The notes under the pieces are model-generated. The model was not told where the DNA came from. It did not search any database and was given only the letters and a program-made list of their open reading frames with translations. DNA of 62,725 nt, filler included, from Nanobdellota archaeon (GTDB lineage Archaea; Nanobdellota; Nanobdellia; B33-G15), in assembly GCA_003660925.1 (NCBI GenBank). It is 3 parts of 3 records of this genome, joined end to end, with 100 filler letters (N's around TTAATTAATTAA, not from the genome) between each part and the next. Parts side by side here need not be neighbours in the genome. Positions count along the whole stretch, not along the records: positions 44,113 to 62,725 come from QMVD01000008.1; 2 more parts are not named here. One strand, given 5' to 3'. Positions 45,636 to 54,148 of this stretch are shown piece by piece. The translations under genes and the position numbers were made by a program. Every line of letters starts with the position of its first letter. The stretch's first letter is position 1.

Positions 45636-47258
45636 CTAAGAAGTCTTGTTCACGAGGACGGTCACGTTAGTCGCATAGGGTCCTCCCGCGGCCTGGCCGA
45701 CAGGCACCTCCAACCACCAATAAATTGAGTGATTGCTCAGCCCAGATGGTATGTTCGACTTGAATATCTGGTACGATGTGGAGAGGCCTGTCTTGTAAGA
45801 GGGGGAAGAGGATTCATTGTATTTCAAGTTCGAGAGGGGGATGGTGTTCACACCATCCGTGAGGTCCCCGGAGCCCACTAACCATATGTCCGTATTCACG
45901 TTGGAATCTATCTCCACCATTAAGGGGAACCCTTTTATCCCAGAACCGCACTCCGCGATGCTCCCATCGCTGGCTGGGTACTCTCCTCCTGCATCCACAC
46001 TTCCGAAGCAGATGGGACCGTTATAGAGGGTTATGGAGATGTACTCCGCTTGAACGTCTATGACGTTCACTTCCGTGGCATTAGAATTGCCTGAGGTGTC
46101 GTTGGCGTAGAACATCCAACCCACTGCCTTCCCACTGCAGGCGGATGGAATGACCTGAGTAACGTTGGACCAAGAGTTGTTGGGTTGAAGGAAGTCGGAG
46201 ATGGTCACGTTCTCCCAAGTATCGCAGTTTCCGGAGGCGTTCCAGGAGAATGTCCAGTAATCCAAGCCCGCGTTGTCGAACCACAAGGCAGAAAATTTCA
46301 CCGCATCCCCTGGGAAGGGGGTCGTATCGTTGGCTTGGACAGAAGTGTAATAAGGAGGGGTGTTCTCCTTGACCTGATAGCTCTGAATTGGGGTGGCGTT
46401 CCACATGTTAGAGGTATCGTTCGCGTATATCCTCCACCCTATAACCTTCCCCTCACAGGCAGAAGGGATGACCCAAGAAAGGTTGGACCAAGCGTCGTTC
46501 CCGGAGAGTGTGGTTGAGGAGACATTATCCAAGGTGTCGCAGTTCGCCCCTGTTCCGTTCACCTCCAAGACCGCGTAACTCATGCCTGCCTCGTCCGTCC
46601 ACCTCACTTGATGTTCCACCACATCCCCTGGGCGGATATCACTATCGTTCACGTAGATCTCATGCCATTTAGGCGGATAATAAAGGTAGACTTGGACATC
46701 ATCCCAATAGCCTTCATTCGTGGGTTTATCCGCGTTCTCGGGAGCAGGCCCTGTCTGGACATAGAGCTTCACGGTGTAGGTCCCGGTCACATCGACGATG
46801 TCCGTGATGTCTTCGCTCACTTCAATCCACCCGGTATCCCCTGCGGTCGTCACGGTGGAGGAGACGTAGAGGACGAATTCTGTCCCATTGGAATGTATTA
46901 ACCTCACCTCTGCGTGGTAGTCCGTGTCGTCGTCCGTGACCAACCTGTACCAAGCGACCAATTTGGTCTGGTTGGGGACGGAAGTCAGGGAGAAGGAATA
47001 GTTTATCCACTGCTCCGAGGTCGGATTGCTTCCCGTGTCGGAGTCGTTGTGGAGCATGTAGTAACATCCAGGGTCGTAGTGGCCTCCTGTTGAGTTCCAC
47101 GCCCCAGAAGCCACTCCGGAGGCGTCCACCTCCCCGTAGGTCCATCCAGAGGCGTCAGATGTGAAATTTGGGTTCGCTATGGTCTCTGTCTGAGCATAGG
47201 ACAGTAAGAGAAATAGGAATAAAATGATCAAGAAAAAAACGAATGCTTGTCTCTTCAT
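45636..47258 (-). CDS. Large secreted surface protein/adhesin (jelly-roll domain + two Ig-like repeats + fibre-subunit domain)
   Basis: Reads on the minus strand (CAT at 47256-47258, CTA at 45636-45638) despite the + label in the track. Signal peptide, NPNF..DASGW...WDDV domain, two YANDTS(G)N repeats, C-terminal WWLEVPVGQAAGGPYATNVTV. Confidence 0.8.
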   Translation of the reverse strand: MKRQAFVFFLIILFLFLLLSYAQTETIANPNFTSDASGWTYGEVDASGVASGAWNSTGGHYDPGCYYMLHNDSDTGSNPTSEQWINYSFSLTSVPNQTKLVAWYRLVTDDDTDYHAEVRLIHSNGTEFVLYVSSTVTTAGDTGWIEVSEDITDIVDVTGTYTVKLYVQTGPAPENADKPTNEGYWDDVQVYLYYPPKWHEIYVNDSDIRPGDVVEHQVRWTDEAGMSYAVLEVNGTGANCDTLDNVSSTTLSGNDAWSNLSWVIPSACEGKVIGWRIYANDTSNMWNATPIQSYQVKENTPPYYTSVQANDTTPFPGDAVKFSALWFDNAGLDYWTFSWNASGNCDTWENVTISDFLQPNNSWSNVTQVIPSACSGKAVGWMFYANDTSGNSNATEVNVIDVQAEYISITLYNGPICFGSVDAGGEYPASDGSIAECGSGIKGFPLMVEIDSNVNTDIWLVGSGDLTDGVNTIPLSNLKYNESSSPSYKTGLSTSYQIFKSNIPSGLSNHSIYWWLEVPVGQAAGGPYATNVTVLVNKTS

Positions 47259-47355
47259 TGATTGTCTTGGGGTCTGTTTTGATAAAAACCTTTCGAAACG
47301 AATTTATTTTTTTAAAGTAGTAAAATTTATAAAAGGAGACGTCTCGGGATGAAAC

Positions 47356-48267
47356 ATGAAAAAGTGCAAAGTTTGTGGACGTAAGGGTCCACTAGACGTC
47401 TTCAGGTGGAAAGAGGAGGCTATATGGGAAGACTGCAAAATGGGTGAGAATATGGTAGATAGCTTCCTTTACCACGCGTGGGATTACTTAGCGGCCGTTA
47501 CTGTCCTAGAGAAAGGGTTGGTCCCTCCGAAGGAGTTTGAGCTCGAAAAACTCCTCGAGGTGTATGAGAAGCTCCCCGCGGAAGTGAAGGAGAGTTTTGA
47601 AGGATTCGGGAATTGCCTGAAGGAGAGACTTAAAGTGGACGCCCTCTCTGCCCTGGAGAGTTACATACTTCAGCCCATTAGAGCAGAAGATCTCGAAGTG
47701 GATGCTATCAGGAAGTTGCCCGTTCACGCGAACCCATACGTAGGGAGGCTATCCTCTGCCCTCTTATATGCCAAGATCTTGGGGAGGGGGGAGGAAGGAG
47801 CCATTGGAGTTTTTAGGAGAGAGTGGTCCAAAGTGAAGGATTTCATGAGGGGTTTGGCCGAAGAGACCTTACAGTACGCGAAGAAACTAGGAAGGGTAGA
47901 TGAAGGGATAACTCTCAATGAGTTGTTGAAAAGAGATGAGGATTTCGTGGAGAAAGTCGTCTATTGGTGGGCTTGCTCATCCACCACCTTGACGTTCAGG
48001 TTAACCAGGAAAGGAGTAGAATTCGAGGGAAAAACGCTGAAGGGTCTGGGGGACTCCCCCTTGGTGGAAAGTTGGAGGAGAAAGAAACTCGCAGAGCTCC
48101 CGGTTGAGTACATAGAGGATTTCGTCAGGGGAGAGGACTGGGGCTCCTGGGAGGGGAGGCACAAGTTCTTCAAGGAAGATGAAATCATTAAACAGGCGAG
48201 AAATAAGGCGAAAGAAAACATTAAGTTCTTAGAGACAGTCTATGGGCTGAAGTTCCCTCTGAAGTGA
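47356..48267 (+). CDS. Hypothetical protein
   Basis: 303 aa ORF with N-terminal CKVC and TATA-like TTTATAAA upstream. No family recognised. Confidence 0.6.
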   Translation: MKKCKVCGRKGPLDVFRWKEEAIWEDCKMGENMVDSFLYHAWDYLAAVTVLEKGLVPPKEFELEKLLEVYEKLPAEVKESFEGFGNCLKERLKVDALSALESYILQPIRAEDLEVDAIRKLPVHANPYVGRLSSALLYAKILGRGEEGAIGVFRREWSKVKDFMRGLAEETLQYAKKLGRVDEGITLNELLKRDEDFVEKVVYWWACSSTTLTFRLTRKGVEFEGKTLKGLGDSPLVESWRRKKLAELPVEYIEDFVRGEDWGSWEGRHKFFKEDEIIKQARNKAKENIKFLETVYGLKFPLK

Positions 48268-48877
48268 TCTTAGAACCCCTTGGGTGGAAACCCCTAACGA
48301 CCGCCAGGGGATAGATCCAGCTCTCGGGTCCTACCAAGGTGCCAGGGAGGGTTATGGCGTTCACTCCTGTTTTAATATCGTCCCCTAAGATGGCTCCGAA
48401 CTTCCTCAGGCCCGTCTCGTGCCCCTCCACCTTCACCTCCCTCCCATCAAACCTCAGGTTGGCTGTTATGAAACCTGCGGCCACATTCACCCTTTCCCCT
48501 AGGATGGAATCCCCTACATAGGAGTGGTGATGGGCCTTCACGCCCTTCATCAAAATGGAGCCCTTAATCTCTGCCCTACCTATCTGAACTTCATCCAAGA
48601 TTATACAGCCTTTCCTGATATAGGCATGAGGGCCGATGACACAATTCTCCCCGATGTAGGAATCCTCTATCACGGAATAGGGCCTCACGACGGTTTCCTT
48701 CCCTATGTAGGAGTTCCTTATCTTCGAGTGTTCCACCTTCCCGAGCACCTTGGGCTCATATTCGAACTCTTCCTTCCTCTTCAAGGCCTCCCAGACCTTC
48801 CCCTTGAACAGCCTCTTTATCCTATCATCGAGGGTCTCGAAGTAATATTTGGGTTCAAGCCTAGCCTCCAAGCTCAC
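48221..48877 (-). CDS. Hexapeptide acetyltransferase, equivalent to the C-terminal half of archaeal GlmU
   Basis: IGPHAYIR, HHSYVGDSILG, TANLRFD, TGLRKFGAILGD..KTGVN. Confidence 0.88.
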   Translation of the reverse strand: MSLEARLEPKYYFETLDDRIKRLFKGKVWEALKRKEEFEYEPKVLGKVEHSKIRNSYIGKETVVRPYSVIEDSYIGENCVIGPHAYIRKGCIILDEVQIGRAEIKGSILMKGVKAHHHSYVGDSILGERVNVAAGFITANLRFDGREVKVEGHETGLRKFGAILGDDIKTGVNAITLPGTLVGPESWIYPLAVVRGFHPRGSKITSEGTSAHRLSLRT

Positions 48878-50565
48878 TTCACCGTCACGCTTTTCGCGAG
48901 GTTCCTGGGCTTGTCGGGGTTGTACCCCCTTAGCACGCCCAAGTGATAAGAAAGGAGTTGGAGGGGAACGATGGAAGTGATGGGGAAGAAACCCTTAACC
49001 GCTATGAACTCGTCAAAGAGCTCATTATGTCTCCCAGCTATCCCTATGATGTATCCTCCCCTCGCCTTGACCTCGTTCACGTTGTTCAGGATCTCCTCGT
49101 CGTCCACGAAGGCTATGCATGGGGTTCCTTTCTCTATCAAGGCAAGGGTCCCGTGTTTTAACTCCCCTCCAGCGAATCCCTCTGCGTGTATGTAACTTAT
49201 CTCCTTTATCTTCAAAGCTCCCTCCAAGGAGGAAGGGTAACTATAACCCCTACCTATGAGGAAGATGTGTTCTTTATCCCTCAACTTCTCCGCCAACATC
49301 CTTATCTTCTCCTCTTGGGAGAAGATGAACTCTATTTCCTTCGGGAGGTCTTGAAGTAACTTTCTCCCTTCACCTAACTTACCCGCTAAGCCGTAGGCTA
49401 GGAGGGTGAAGATCACCAATTGGTTGACATAACTCTTGGTGGCCGCCACCCCGACCTCTGGCCCAGCGTTCAGGTGAATCACGTAATCGGAGATGCGGGC
49501 CAGGGTAGAGGTGGGCACATTCACCAAGGAGATCACCTTTCGCTTCGCGAGTTTTATGGCCTCCAGCACGTCCGCTGTCTCCCCTGACTGGGAGACAGCG
49601 AATATCATCGCATCCTTTGGGATGGAATCGAGGAAGTGAGAGAACTCCGAGGCCAGGTAAACTTCCACCTTCTTCCCGGCGATCTTGGAGAACAAGAGCT
49701 TCGCCATCAGACAGGCATGGTAGCTAGTTCCTGAAGCTATGAGACACACCTCGTTCTCCCTCAGTATCCTTATCGCCTCTGAGAGGTCCTGGTTCATGGC
49801 CCTAGAAACGGATTTGGGCTCCTCCTTGATCTCCTTGTACATGTAGTGTCCCTCAATCTCTTCAAAATCCTCAAAAAAAGAGACGCTCCTCGCCTGCTTT
49901 TTCACCCTCTTCCCGTCCCTGTAGATGGCGACGCTTTCCTTGGAAACGAGGGCGACTTCGTAGTCTTCCAAGGGGATGACCTTGGTCCCTTTCGGGAAGG
50001 CTAGCACATCGCTCGCCACGAAGTTTTCCCCCTCCCCGATTCCCACGTAAAGAGGGGTGTCTTTCCTACCAGCTATCAGGAATGGGAACCCCTCTATCAT
50101 GACGATGAAGGAGAAGGAACCCCTCATGAGCTTCATCGCCTCGAAGACTGCTTTTAGAGGGCCTCGAGATAGGTTCTCCTCCACCAAGTGAGCTATCACT
50201 TCAGAATCCGTTTCAGACCTGAATTCGTGCCCCTTCAACCTTTCCTTCAACTCCTCGTGATTCTCTATGATGCCGTTATGGACTATGGCTATTTTACCGG
50301 AGCAATCCAGATGGGGGTGGGCGTTCCTCTCGCTCACCTTCCCGTGGGTAGCCCACCTTGTGTGAGCTATGCCTATTGTCCCGGGAAGGGAGGAAAGGAA
50401 AGGTTTAAGCTTCTTCACCTCCCCCACAACTTTCTTCAAGTGTATCCCAGAACCCGAGGTGGCCATCCCTGCGGAATCATATCCCCTGTACTCCAGTTTC
50501 TTTAGTCCCTTGAATAAGATGGGAGAAGCCCTCCTATCACCTACGTATCCTATTATCCCACACAT
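48874..50565 (-). CDS. glmS: Glutamine--fructose-6-phosphate transaminase
   Basis: MCGIIG, LEYRGYDSAG, HTRWATHG, SQSGETAD, PRNLAKSVTV. Confidence 0.97.
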   Translation of the reverse strand: MCGIIGYVGDRRASPILFKGLKKLEYRGYDSAGMATSGSGIHLKKVVGEVKKLKPFLSSLPGTIGIAHTRWATHGKVSERNAHPHLDCSGKIAIVHNGIIENHEELKERLKGHEFRSETDSEVIAHLVEENLSRGPLKAVFEAMKLMRGSFSFIVMIEGFPFLIAGRKDTPLYVGIGEGENFVASDVLAFPKGTKVIPLEDYEVALVSKESVAIYRDGKRVKKQARSVSFFEDFEEIEGHYMYKEIKEEPKSVSRAMNQDLSEAIRILRENEVCLIASGTSYHACLMAKLLFSKIAGKKVEVYLASEFSHFLDSIPKDAMIFAVSQSGETADVLEAIKLAKRKVISLVNVPTSTLARISDYVIHLNAGPEVGVAATKSYVNQLVIFTLLAYGLAGKLGEGRKLLQDLPKEIEFIFSQEEKIRMLAEKLRDKEHIFLIGRGYSYPSSLEGALKIKEISYIHAEGFAGGELKHGTLALIEKGTPCIAFVDDEEILNNVNEVKARGGYIIGIAGRHNELFDEFIAVKGFFPITSIVPLQLLSYHLGVLRGYNPDKPRNLAKSVTVK

Positions 50566-51251
50566 CTCAGCACCTCCTGGGCCATGTTCAACTTGTCCAA
50601 GGTCCCCACATCTATCCAATAACTCCTTATGGGGAGGACTTTAAACTCCATCCCGGAGTTCACCAGGATCTGGATGGAGTCGGTGAGCTCGTATTCCCCT
50701 CTCGGGGAAAGGGGAGTTTCATCGATGGCCCTGAAGATCTCCTTCGGGAGGTAATACACCCCAGCGTTCACCAAGTTGCTCTTTGGATTGGGCTCCTTCT
50801 CCCTTATCCTCACCAACTTATCTCCTTCCACTTCCAGGACGCCGTATTTCTCTGGATTGCTCACCTCCTTAGCACATACGGTGGGCCTCTTTTCCGAGAG
50901 GAGCTCCCCGAGAACTTGGGGATCGAAGAGCACATCCCCGTAAACCAACAGGAAGTCCTCATTTACGTGTTCCTCAGCGGCCTTCAAGGCATGGGCAGTC
51001 CCCTTCAATTTCTTCTGGGTCACATAAGTTATGTTCACCCCATATCTCTCCCCGCTCCCGAAATATTCCTTGATCATGTTCCTCAAATACCCCACCACGA
51101 TGATGAGGTCTCTTATTCCATACCTCTCAAGGGCCTCTATGGTCCAGGCCAGAAGAGGTTTCCCAGCCACCGGGGCCATGGCCTTCGGGACGACCTTCGT
51201 GAGCGGCCTCAATCTCTTCCCCTTACCCGCTGCGAGGATGACGGCTTTCAT
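50553..51251 (-). CDS. Sugar-phosphate nucleotidyltransferase, equivalent to the N-terminal half of GlmU
   Basis: AVILAAGKGKRLRPLT..PK, GTAHAL, YGD, SPRGEYELTD, WIDVG. Confidence 0.92.
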   Translation of the reverse strand: MKAVILAAGKGKRLRPLTKVVPKAMAPVAGKPLLAWTIEALERYGIRDLIIVVGYLRNMIKEYFGSGERYGVNITYVTQKKLKGTAHALKAAEEHVNEDFLLVYGDVLFDPQVLGELLSEKRPTVCAKEVSNPEKYGVLEVEGDKLVRIREKEPNPKSNLVNAGVYYLPKEIFRAIDETPLSPRGEYELTDSIQILVNSGMEFKVLPIRSYWIDVGTLDKLNMAQEVLRCVG

Positions 51252-51301
51252 AAAAATCCCATTGACTTCTTTTTTATAAATCCCGACAAACGTTGGAGCT
51301 T

Positions 51302-51327
51302 ACCATTACAAAAAATTTATTAATGGT
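51302..51327. promoter_or_regulatory. Palindromic operator candidate overlapping the TATA box of the HTH regulator
   Basis: ACCATTA-N12-TAATGGT spanning TTTATTAA. Confidence 0.45.
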
Positions 51328-51344
51328 GTGGAAGTTGAAGGAGC

Positions 51345-52292
51345 ATGGGGAGATGGTTGGTATCGGAAAGGGGTGGGAAGAGTTACGCTAAGGAGATCAT
51401 GATCTTGAGGCCCAGACAACTCAAGGCCATAGCCAACGAGAGGAGCATCCAGATCCTCAAGTTACTAGCTAAGAGAGCCATGTATCCCGCGGAAATCGCC
51501 AAGAAACTCAAGCTCTACCCCCAAAAGGTCTACTACCACGTGAGGCGCTTGGAGAGGGCCGGGTTCTTGAAGGTGGTGGGGGAGAAAAAGATAAAGGGAG
51601 GTACTGCCAAGCTGTATGCCCTGAAGTGCGGGGCTTTCGGAGTGGAGATGAACGGTGAGGAAGAGGAGATAGGGAAGGTGAAGGTCATGGATGAGAAACT
51701 CCTGAGGTTCTTCGGCCCTTTGATAGAGAGAAGGAGGTTAAATGGCCTCATCGTGGTGGGCTCCCCTCTCCCCCACGGACCTTTCAGGACAGGGGCGAGG
51801 GATGGGCATTACTCCGCTCAGCTCGCCCTCTTCTTGGGCCAGTTCTTGGATCACGATAACTTCTGCGTGAGGTTGGACGTGGACGTCAAGGCAGAAGGCC
51901 TGCTCAAGGAGAATCTCATCCTCATAGGCGGGCCTGGTGTGAATTCCGTGAGCTACGAGATCAACAGGAAACTCCCTTACTTTTTCAACATAAAGTCCTC
52001 GAAGTACGGATACTTGTTGGGAGGAATAGTTTCAAGGCGTACTGGAGAGACTTATAATGAGGATTTGATAGGGGTGGTGGAGAAGATAAAGAACCCTTGG
52101 GACAAGAGGAAGGTCATCGTCCTCATCGCGGGGAACAAGGCAGTGGGGACTAAGGCTGGGATCCTGGGACTGACCAAATTCTACAAGGAGCTCTTGAAAG
52201 GTTTCAAGGGAGAGGAGGAGTGGGGCGTCCTGATAAGGGGGTTGGACGTGGATGGGGATGGAAAAGTGGATCAAATAGAGGTAGTGGAATGA
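51345..52292 (+). CDS. ArsR-type wHTH regulator with C-terminal alpha/beta domain
   Basis: ILKLL...MYPAEIAKKL...QKVYYHVRRLERAG, then IVVGSP.PHGP and NLILIGGP.VN. Confidence 0.85.
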   Translation: MGRWLVSERGGKSYAKEIMILRPRQLKAIANERSIQILKLLAKRAMYPAEIAKKLKLYPQKVYYHVRRLERAGFLKVVGEKKIKGGTAKLYALKCGAFGVEMNGEEEEIGKVKVMDEKLLRFFGPLIERRRLNGLIVVGSPLPHGPFRTGARDGHYSAQLALFLGQFLDHDNFCVRLDVDVKAEGLLKENLILIGGPGVNSVSYEINRKLPYFFNIKSSKYGYLLGGIVSRRTGETYNEDLIGVVEKIKNPWDKRKVIVLIAGNKAVGTKAGILGLTKFYKELLKGFKGEEEWGVLIRGLDVDGDGKVDQIEVVE

Positions 52293-53290
52293 AGGTCCTC
52301 TTCAAGGATTTCAAGTCAGGAGAGGTCAAGGTAAGGGTAGAAGGAAGGGAGGACCTTTGGTACTTAAGTAGAGTGATCAAGAAGGGAGATTTGGTGTGGG
52401 GGAGGAGTTCTAGAAAAGTGAAGAAGGAGGAGGGACAAGAGGGCATGAGGAGACCCGTCTCGGTGGAAGTCAGGGTGGAGAAGGTGACCCTACATCCGAA
52501 CTTCCTCAAGCTATTAGGGAGGATAGAGGAAGCATCCCAGGAGATAGGGAAAGGGTACCACTCCTTAAATGTGTCCCCAGGGGACGTGATAAGGATAAAA
52601 AAGGAGAAGTGGGGAGAGCACGAGAGGAGATTGTTAAGGGATGCGGAGACGAGATATGAGAGGGTCCTGTTGGTGTCCGTGGATTACGGGGCGATGGACA
52701 TGGCTCTGCTCTCCAGGGGGATGGAATATTTGGGGGAATTCAGGGCGAGTTTTCCCCCAAAACATGACCCATCCTACGAACAAGTGAAGGAAAAGTTCTT
52801 GAGGGAAGCCTTGAAGAGGGTGGAGGAAGTAGCGAAGGAGAAAGGGGTGAAGCACGTCTTGATAGGTTGTGCTGGTTTCCTTTCAGATGAAGTTAGAGAA
52901 CTCACTGGTAGGAAGGTGGTGAAGATAAGCTATGGTGGCAAGAATGGTTTGAACGAAATCGTCAGGAGGGGATATGTGGAGAGATTGTTGAGGGAGGATA
53001 AGCTCTCAAAGGACACTAAGCTCGTGGACCAGTTGCTAGAAGAGATCGCTAAGGAGGGAAAGTACGCCTATGGCGTCGAGGAGGTGAGGAAGGCCCTGGG
53101 GTATGGGGCGGTGGAAGTCCTGCTCATAACAGATGGTTTCATGAGAAAGGACATGGGACTCTCGGACGAGCTCATGAGGGAGACCGAAGAAAAGAAGGGA
53201 AAAGTGGTCATCTTGGATTCAAGCAGCGAGCCAGGGAGGAAGGTGGATGGATTGGGAGGGGTGGCTGCCCTCCTGAGGTTCAAGGTGTGA
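52289..53290 (+). CDS. pelA: mRNA surveillance protein pelota (aDom34)
   Basis: EDLWYL..VI..GD.V, GYHSLNV, AYG..EV..A..YGAVE.LL, L..LGGVAALLRF. ATGA-coupled to the upstream gene. Confidence 0.92.
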   Translation: MKVLFKDFKSGEVKVRVEGREDLWYLSRVIKKGDLVWGRSSRKVKKEEGQEGMRRPVSVEVRVEKVTLHPNFLKLLGRIEEASQEIGKGYHSLNVSPGDVIRIKKEKWGEHERRLLRDAETRYERVLLVSVDYGAMDMALLSRGMEYLGEFRASFPPKHDPSYEQVKEKFLREALKRVEEVAKEKGVKHVLIGCAGFLSDEVRELTGRKVVKISYGGKNGLNEIVRRGYVERLLREDKLSKDTKLVDQLLEEIAKEGKYAYGVEEVRKALGYGAVEVLLITDGFMRKDMGLSDELMRETEEKKGKVVILDSSSEPGRKVDGLGGVAALLRFKV

Positions 53291-53293
53291 ACC

Positions 53294-54148
53294 GTGATCA
53301 TCCCTCTAGCCTTCGATTCCTTCGGCGTGAGGAGCGAGGCCACTTTCCTCCCAGAGGAAAGGATCTTGATAGATCCAGGGGTGGCCCTCGGGCCTAGGAG
53401 ATATGGTCTGCCTCCTTCAAAGCCAGAGTTATTGGCCTTAAAGCTGGCGAAGGAGAGGATCGCCGAGTTCGGGAAGAAGGCGAAGATAGTGGTGGTGACC
53501 CATTATCACTACGACCACCACCCCTACCCCAATGACGAGTTATATGAGGTCTTCAGGGACAAGATAGTGATCGCTAAGGACATTCACGAGAACATAAATC
53601 CTTCTGGGAAGAGGAGGGGGAAGCTGTTCGAGGAGCAGGTGAAGGAGAGGTGCAAGGAGCTCATCTATGGGGATGGGGGAGAATATTATGGGATTGAGAT
53701 ATCTCCTGCGGTGTGGCATGGGCCAGTCGGGAGCAAAGTGGGGATGGTAGTCATGGTCAGGGTAGGGAAGTTCATCCATGGGAGCGATGCCCAGGCATTG
53801 CTCGACCCCAAGGCGTTAGAATGGGTCATCGAGAGGAAGCCTGAGTTGTTGATAATGGACGGCTTCCCGACTTTGTTCTTGGGATGGAAGATGAGCTCAA
53901 AGCTCTTCGAACAAGCGAAGGAGAGCATGATGAAGGCTGTGGAGAATTCGAAGGAGGTCATCTTCGATCATCATGGGGTGAGGGAGGAAGATTTCAAGGA
54001 GAAGAACCCCATCTTCAAGACTGGAAAGGTAAAAACCGCTGCCGAATTCTTGGGGAAGGAGAATCTCTTGCTAGAGGCTTGGAGGAAGAAGTTGCATCAA
54101 GGGATGAAGGTGGATGTGAAGGGTTACTTCGCCTCCCTCAAGAGGTAA
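53294..54148 (+). CDS. UPF0282 family metallo-beta-lactamase-fold hydrolase
   Basis: FDSFGVRS, IDPGVALGP.RY, THYHYDHH, HGSD, DHH. Confidence 0.88.
   Translation: MIIPLAFDSFGVRSEATFLPEERILIDPGVALGPRRYGLPPSKPELLALKLAKERIAEFGKKAKIVVVTHYHYDHHPYPNDELYEVFRDKIVIAKDIHENINPSGKRRGKLFEEQVKERCKELIYGDGGEYYGIEISPAVWHGPVGSKVGMVVMVRVGKFIHGSDAQALLDPKALEWVIERKPELLIMDGFPTLFLGWKMSSKLFEQAKESMMKAVENSKEVIFDHHGVREEDFKEKNPIFKTGKVKTAAEFLGKENLLLEAWRKKLHQGMKVDVKGYFASLKR

Noticed and set aside
45636..47258. ORF track lists this 540-aa ORF on the + strand
   Set aside because: MKRQAF is encoded by the reverse complement ending at 47258, with the stop at 45636-45638. It is annotated here on the minus strand.
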